A model generated the notes under the pieces. That model did no database searches and was not told the DNA's origin. It was given only the letters and a program-made list of their open reading frames with translations. From Eledone cirrhosa (Eukaryota), in assembly GCA_964016885.1 (NCBI GenBank), contig OZ024742.1, forward strand, positions 23,498,001-23,562,000: DNA of 64,000 nt. Direction: 5' to 3'. This document shows positions 59,200 to 64,000 of this stretch, one piece after another; position 1 is the first letter of the stretch, and every line of letters starts with the position of its first letter. The translations under genes were made by a program, and so were the position numbers.

Positions 59200-59347
59200 A
59201 ATAATATTTTACACGTTTTTATTGTATGTAAACTTCCCCCTTTGTATTTGGCACCTTCTTTTGTGCCCCTGTGGCTAATAAAGAAACATATCTATCTATC
59301 TATCTGTCCCACTTTTGATGCCCTAGTGGCAAATAAAAGAAACATAT
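59200..59347 (+). mobile_element. Two short Tx1-like 3' ends in (TATC)n
   Basis: GCCCCTGTGGCTAATAAAGAAAC and GCCCTAGTGGCAAATAAAAGAAAC match the end at 46300-46318. Confidence 0.6.
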
Positions 59348-59512
59348 CTATCTAAGAAACAGAAAATCAGTGGTGCGACGAATTAAAAATTATTAGATAT
59401 ATTACAATCGTTTCTCTGGCGACCAGCTCGAGACAGTATCGATGCAATGTAAGAGGATCGATTTCTCAAACGGCCTACCGCATACGGACGGACGCTTTAA
59501 GCATCCCACACC

Positions 59513-59595
<83 letters not shown>

Positions 59596-59598
<3 letters not shown>

Positions 59599-59767
59599 AA
59601 ATGGAGTGCTGCGTGGTTGCACATGGATTACATATGAATAAAATTAGTCCTTCATCAGTGGTCTTCCAATCTTCATTGGTATTACATCGCTTTAAAAATC
59701 ATTTTAAAGCGATGAAATACCGATGAAGGTTGGAAGACCACTGATGAAGGACTAATTTTATTCATAT
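59596..59767. mobile_element. (TA)n-flanked short fold-back with tail
   Basis: Arms ~59632-59697 / 59702-59767, tail 59596-59631; related to 59823-59922. Confidence 0.8.
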
Positions 59768-59787
59768 ATATATATATATATATACAT

Positions 59788-59822
<35 letters not shown>

Positions 59823-60952
59823 ATGATAATAATGGAGCTGCGGCGTTGCAAATGGGATACATATGAAAAAGTGAGTCCTTCATCAGTGACCCTCCAACCG
59901 TCCTCGGCATTTCATCGCTTTAAGGGCCATATGCCTCAGGTTGGTGCGAACAACGGCTAAAAAAAGTCGTTGGGACACGTAAATAAAGGGGGACGCTAGA
60001 GTAACAACAAAAAGGTTTAAGCAACGGAAAGTGAGTAGAAATAGACAAGTCCCAGATCTCTATGAATATAAACTCTGTGAAATCGTGAACAAGAGACGAA
60101 AGACCATCAGACCTGGTTGAAATGTGAGCAAGGAAAGAATTTCGCCCAAGTTTGACGGGGGGGAAAAAGAGAGAGAGAGAGAGAAAGAAGAAGAAGAAGA
60201 AGAAGAAGAAGAAGAAGAAGAAGAAGAAGAAGAAGAAGATAAGGGGGTCTGGTCTACGAATTCGGTAAACGCAAGTTTTGTGAAGTCGCAGACGAAAGAG
60301 AGAGAGAAAAAAATTCCATACCAGCTCGGTCAAGACTGCGCGAGAAAAGAATTACACACAGGTCAAACTTGAAGGAGGAGGAGGAGAGGTAGTGACAGAG
60401 AATGAGTGAGTGAAAGTTGAGGAGAGAGTAACAGAGAGGGAGACTGCTAGAAGTGGTAAAGATACAAGGAACGAAACAGACGAAGGCAGCATGGAAAAGT
60501 TATATGTGTAAATATGATGATAATAATGGAGCTGCGGCGTTGCAAATGGGATACATATGAAAAAGTGAGTCCTTCATCAGTGACCCTCCAACCGTCCTCG
60601 GCATTTCATCGCTTTAAGGGCCATATGCCTCAGGTTGGTGCGAACAACGGCTAAAAAAAGTCGTTGGGACACGGGGGGAAATTCTTTCCTTGCTCACATT
60701 TCAACCAGGTCTGATGGTCTTTCGTCTCTTGTTCACGATTTCACAGAGTTTATATTCATAGAGATCTGGGACTTGTCTATTTCTACTCACTTTCCGTTGC
60801 TTAAACCTTTTTGTTGTTACTCTAGCGTCCCCCTTTATTTACGTGTCCCAACGACTCTTTTTAGCCGTTGTTCGCACCAACCTGAGGCATATGGCCCTTA
60901 AAGCGATGAAATGCCGAGGACGGTTGGAGGGTCACTGATGAAGGACTCACTT

Positions 60953-60960
<8 letters not shown>
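59823..60960 (-). mobile_element. Young (TA)n-flanked non-coding element: 694-bp unit + partial tandem copy + inverted arm
   Basis: 59823-59978 is repeated at 60517-60672; 59861-60143 is inverted at 60678-60960 with one mismatch seen. Confidence 0.88.
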
Positions 60961-60996
<36 letters not shown>

Positions 60997-61024
60997 ATAT
61001 ATATATGTATATATATATATATAT

Positions 61025-61062
<38 letters not shown>

Positions 61063-61389
61063 CACCCGAGACAACATATATCATGTGTCTTGTCTGAAAC
61101 AAGGAAGCTGTTATGATTCATTTACTCAGATTTACCCGATTCCGATATCATATGATATCCAGAAGACAAAAGAAGATATCATTGTTGCGTTATGTTATAT
61201 ACTATTTATACTGTTATCTCCATTGACTTTTCATTACGTTATCAACCAGTAATGTAACCACGTTGGTGTGACAATGTCTTTAATAGAAACCATTTCACTC
61301 ATCAATTTCATATGATATTGTCAATGGACAATGCGCACTAAACCATTCCTTTCCACTAATCTATGATATATATTTATCCATCTGTTAAA

Positions 61390-61700
61390 GCGGGTTGCTT
61401 CGTGGTTAGCATATAAATCTCAGGATCGTAAGGTCCTCAGTTCGATTCCTGGCAGCGCGTTATGTCTTCGAACAAGATACTTTATTTTACGCTGCTCCAG
61501 TCCAGTCAGCTGACAAAAGTATATATACCTGTAATTCGAATTGCCAGCCCTCTCACATTCTGTATCACGCTGAATCTCCCTGACAACTACGTTAGGGGTA
61601 CGTGTCAATCTAAAATTCTCTGCCACTTTCACGTTAATTTCACGAGCCGACTGTTCTGTTCAACGTATCAAGTAGAAATGTTGTTGTCATAAGCGACAGA
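61390..61700 (+). mobile_element. SINE family C (tRNA head plus CORE-like domain)
   Basis: CGTGGTTAG A-box remnant, B box GTTCGATTCC, CORE-like GTCTTCGAACAAGATACTTTA..CTCCAGTCCAGTCAGCTG. Confidence 0.7.
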
Positions 61701-62418
61701 ATATAAGTTAATATCTATATATATTCATACAGAAACTTGATGGCTAGTTGGCCTGAATGGTGCAGGGATGAATGAATAATGTTTTTGCTGGTTTGTGCGA
61801 ATTATATTAATGGTACATGAGAGGATGGCAGAACGCAACTGGCGTGCATGTCTGATAGTGCACATGCTCACCCCACTCTCCTATCAAGTGACAATGAACT
61901 ATTCTACGTCTGTGTGTCTCACGTGTCCTTAAGGCTTGCATGTCCTGTCTTTAATATAACTACCCTGTTTTTACAAAATAAACGACTTCATATAGTTGGA
62001 CTCTATTGCACAGTTCGTCATGTTGAACAGAGAGACTAACTTTTAACAGTCCAATTGTCGAAAGCAGACATTTTAAGACAGCATAAGTGTCTGTGGAATG
62101 CTTCGCTATATATGCATTAATTTGATGAGTAAGCTGTTCTGTTGATCTAACACTGGAATACATATCATTGAAAGTGATGGAGACCCATTCCAGCTAGCAC
62201 TATAGTAGAATTGATTTCTAATAAAGCTGGGTGTACTCTAGTGAGTGTACTCTAGTAAGGGATGTATTGTATGAAAGTTGTTGGAGAAGGTCGTCATAAA
62301 CAAATTTGTCAAACGTGCTAACATTCCAATGTCAACTGTAAATTGCTGACAAAAGTTAGTGTTAAATATTCCAGTATTCATATGTATATGAGTGTGCGTG
62401 CATGTTCGTATAGGTGTG

Positions 62419-62419
<1 letters not shown>

Positions 62420-62510
<91 letters not shown>

Positions 62511-62531
62511 TTATATATATTTATATATATT

Positions 62532-62566
<35 letters not shown>

Positions 62567-62600
62567 ATATATATATAAATATATATATAAATATATACAT

Positions 62601-62669
<69 letters not shown>

Positions 62670-62767
62670 TATATAAATATATATAAATACATATATATAT
62701 ATATATATATATATGTATTTATATATATTTATATATATTTATATATATATATATGTATATATATATT

Positions 62768-62802
<35 letters not shown>

Positions 62803-62810
62803 TTATATAT

Positions 62811-62860
<50 letters not shown>

Positions 62861-62890
62861 ATGTATATATTTATATATATATTTATATAT

Positions 62891-62928
<38 letters not shown>

Positions 62929-62943
62929 GTAGATATATGTATA

Positions 62944-62991
<48 letters not shown>

Positions 62992-63000
62992 TGTATATAT

Positions 63001-63067
<67 letters not shown>

Positions 63068-63086
63068 AGTATATATATATACATAT

Positions 63087-63140
<54 letters not shown>
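62420..63140. repeat. (TA)n-rich microsatellite
   Basis: Seen directly. Confidence 0.95.
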
Positions 63141-63146
<6 letters not shown>

Positions 63147-63600
63147 ATACTTTGGGAGGGTCATGTTGCCAATAAGAAACACACGCACCAGTTGCTTTCA
63201 CTTCAATTTATTATAATAAATTTATAAATTTCCGGTTGGTTGGTTGGTTCCACAACCAGATGGTTGTTTATATATTGTCAAAGTTCTTTCGCCACACATT
63301 CTGTGACCTCTTCAGTGACTGGGGTTTCTTTTCTTTGTTTTTGTGCCTCTCCTTTGTTCTGTCCTACGCCATCTTGTTTCAGAAACAATATATAAACAAC
63401 CATCTGGTTGTGGAACCAACCAACCAACCGGAAATTTATAAATTCCTAAATTTATAAATGTATTATAATAAATTGAAGTGAAAGCATCTGGTGCATGTGT
63501 TTGTTATTGGCAACATGACCCTCCCAAAGTATAACAATATCGGTGGTTTCAACACATGTTTTCTGATAAAGAATCTTGCTTATCAAATTCAGAAACGAAA
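63139..63600. mobile_element. (TA)n-flanked fold-back with hammerhead and tail
   Basis: Arms 63139-63278 / 63385-63540, tail 63541-63600. Confidence 0.85.
63277..63319 (-). ncRNA. Type I hammerhead motif
   Basis: Minus strand: gtca CTGAAGA g-gtcaca(gaatg)tgtggc GAAA GAAC TT tgac. Weak stem III and an unfavourable CUU triplet. Confidence 0.6.
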
Positions 63601-63644
63601 TATATATATATATATATATATGTGTGTGTCTGTGTGTGTATGTT

Positions 63645-63677
<33 letters not shown>

Positions 63678-63679
<2 letters not shown>

Positions 63680-63850
63680 CGAAGGAAATGTGGTAAGTAA
63701 CCAGGTGGACCATAACGTACCAAAGTACTCAATACTTGAGGTAGTAGAGTGGGTAATAGGAACCAGTAAGACCCCGACAGCTGAGCTCAAGCCGTTTCGA
63801 ATTAGCCGTCGAAACGGCTTGAGCTCAGCTGTCGGGGTCTTACTGGTTCC

Positions 63851-63853
<3 letters not shown>
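63678..63853. mobile_element. (TA)n-flanked perfect 45-bp hairpin with tail
   Basis: 63756-63800 / 63809-63853 are exact inverted repeats with an 8-nt loop; tail 63678-63755. Confidence 0.85.
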
Positions 63854-63883
<30 letters not shown>

Positions 63884-64000
63884 ATGCTTGCATATATAGA
63901 TACATATATACATAGTTATACGTATGTGTATGTTTAGGTATGTATTAACTGTTTAAATTGGGATATTTCGTTAGTCAGTCGTATACAAACAGGATTAAGT

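Noticed and set aside
59861-59922. SECIS element, as in Naiad Penelope-like elements (ATGA...TGAT)
   Set aside because: The spacing is too short for helix II plus the apical AA loop, and there is no upstream ORF.

Overview
This is an AT-rich, microsatellite-dense animal genomic window with no recognisable host exon. The SINE families and (TA)n/(CA)n load resemble an octopus or other coleoid cephalopod genome (inference). The only intact protein gene is a 1130-aa R4/Dong-clade non-LTR retrotransposon ORF (Myb-like, RT, CCHC and RLE domains) sitting in (TAA)n. Other repeats: a full-length but frameshifted RTE LINE nested in a Tx1/L1-like LINE with a 14-bp TSD; relics of R4, CRE, RTE, pogo, mariner and Helitron elements; three tRNA-derived SINE families; and a 32-bp minisatellite. 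The most striking pattern is about a dozen mostly unrelated, ORF-less inserts in or beside (TA)n tracts. They share one layout: an inverted arm plus a one-sided tail, sometimes with a partial tandem copy. At least six carry type I hammerhead ribozyme motifs, most with a palindromic, dimer-type stem III. The set includes a 3.5-kb fold-back with two intact outward-facing hammerheads and a ~400-nt circularly permuted hammerhead monomer. They look like non-autonomous Penelope-like/retrozyme elements. One pair has a conserved terminal motif that does not fit a canonical hammerhead. All folds and alignments were done by eye, and the ends of degenerate elements are approximate.
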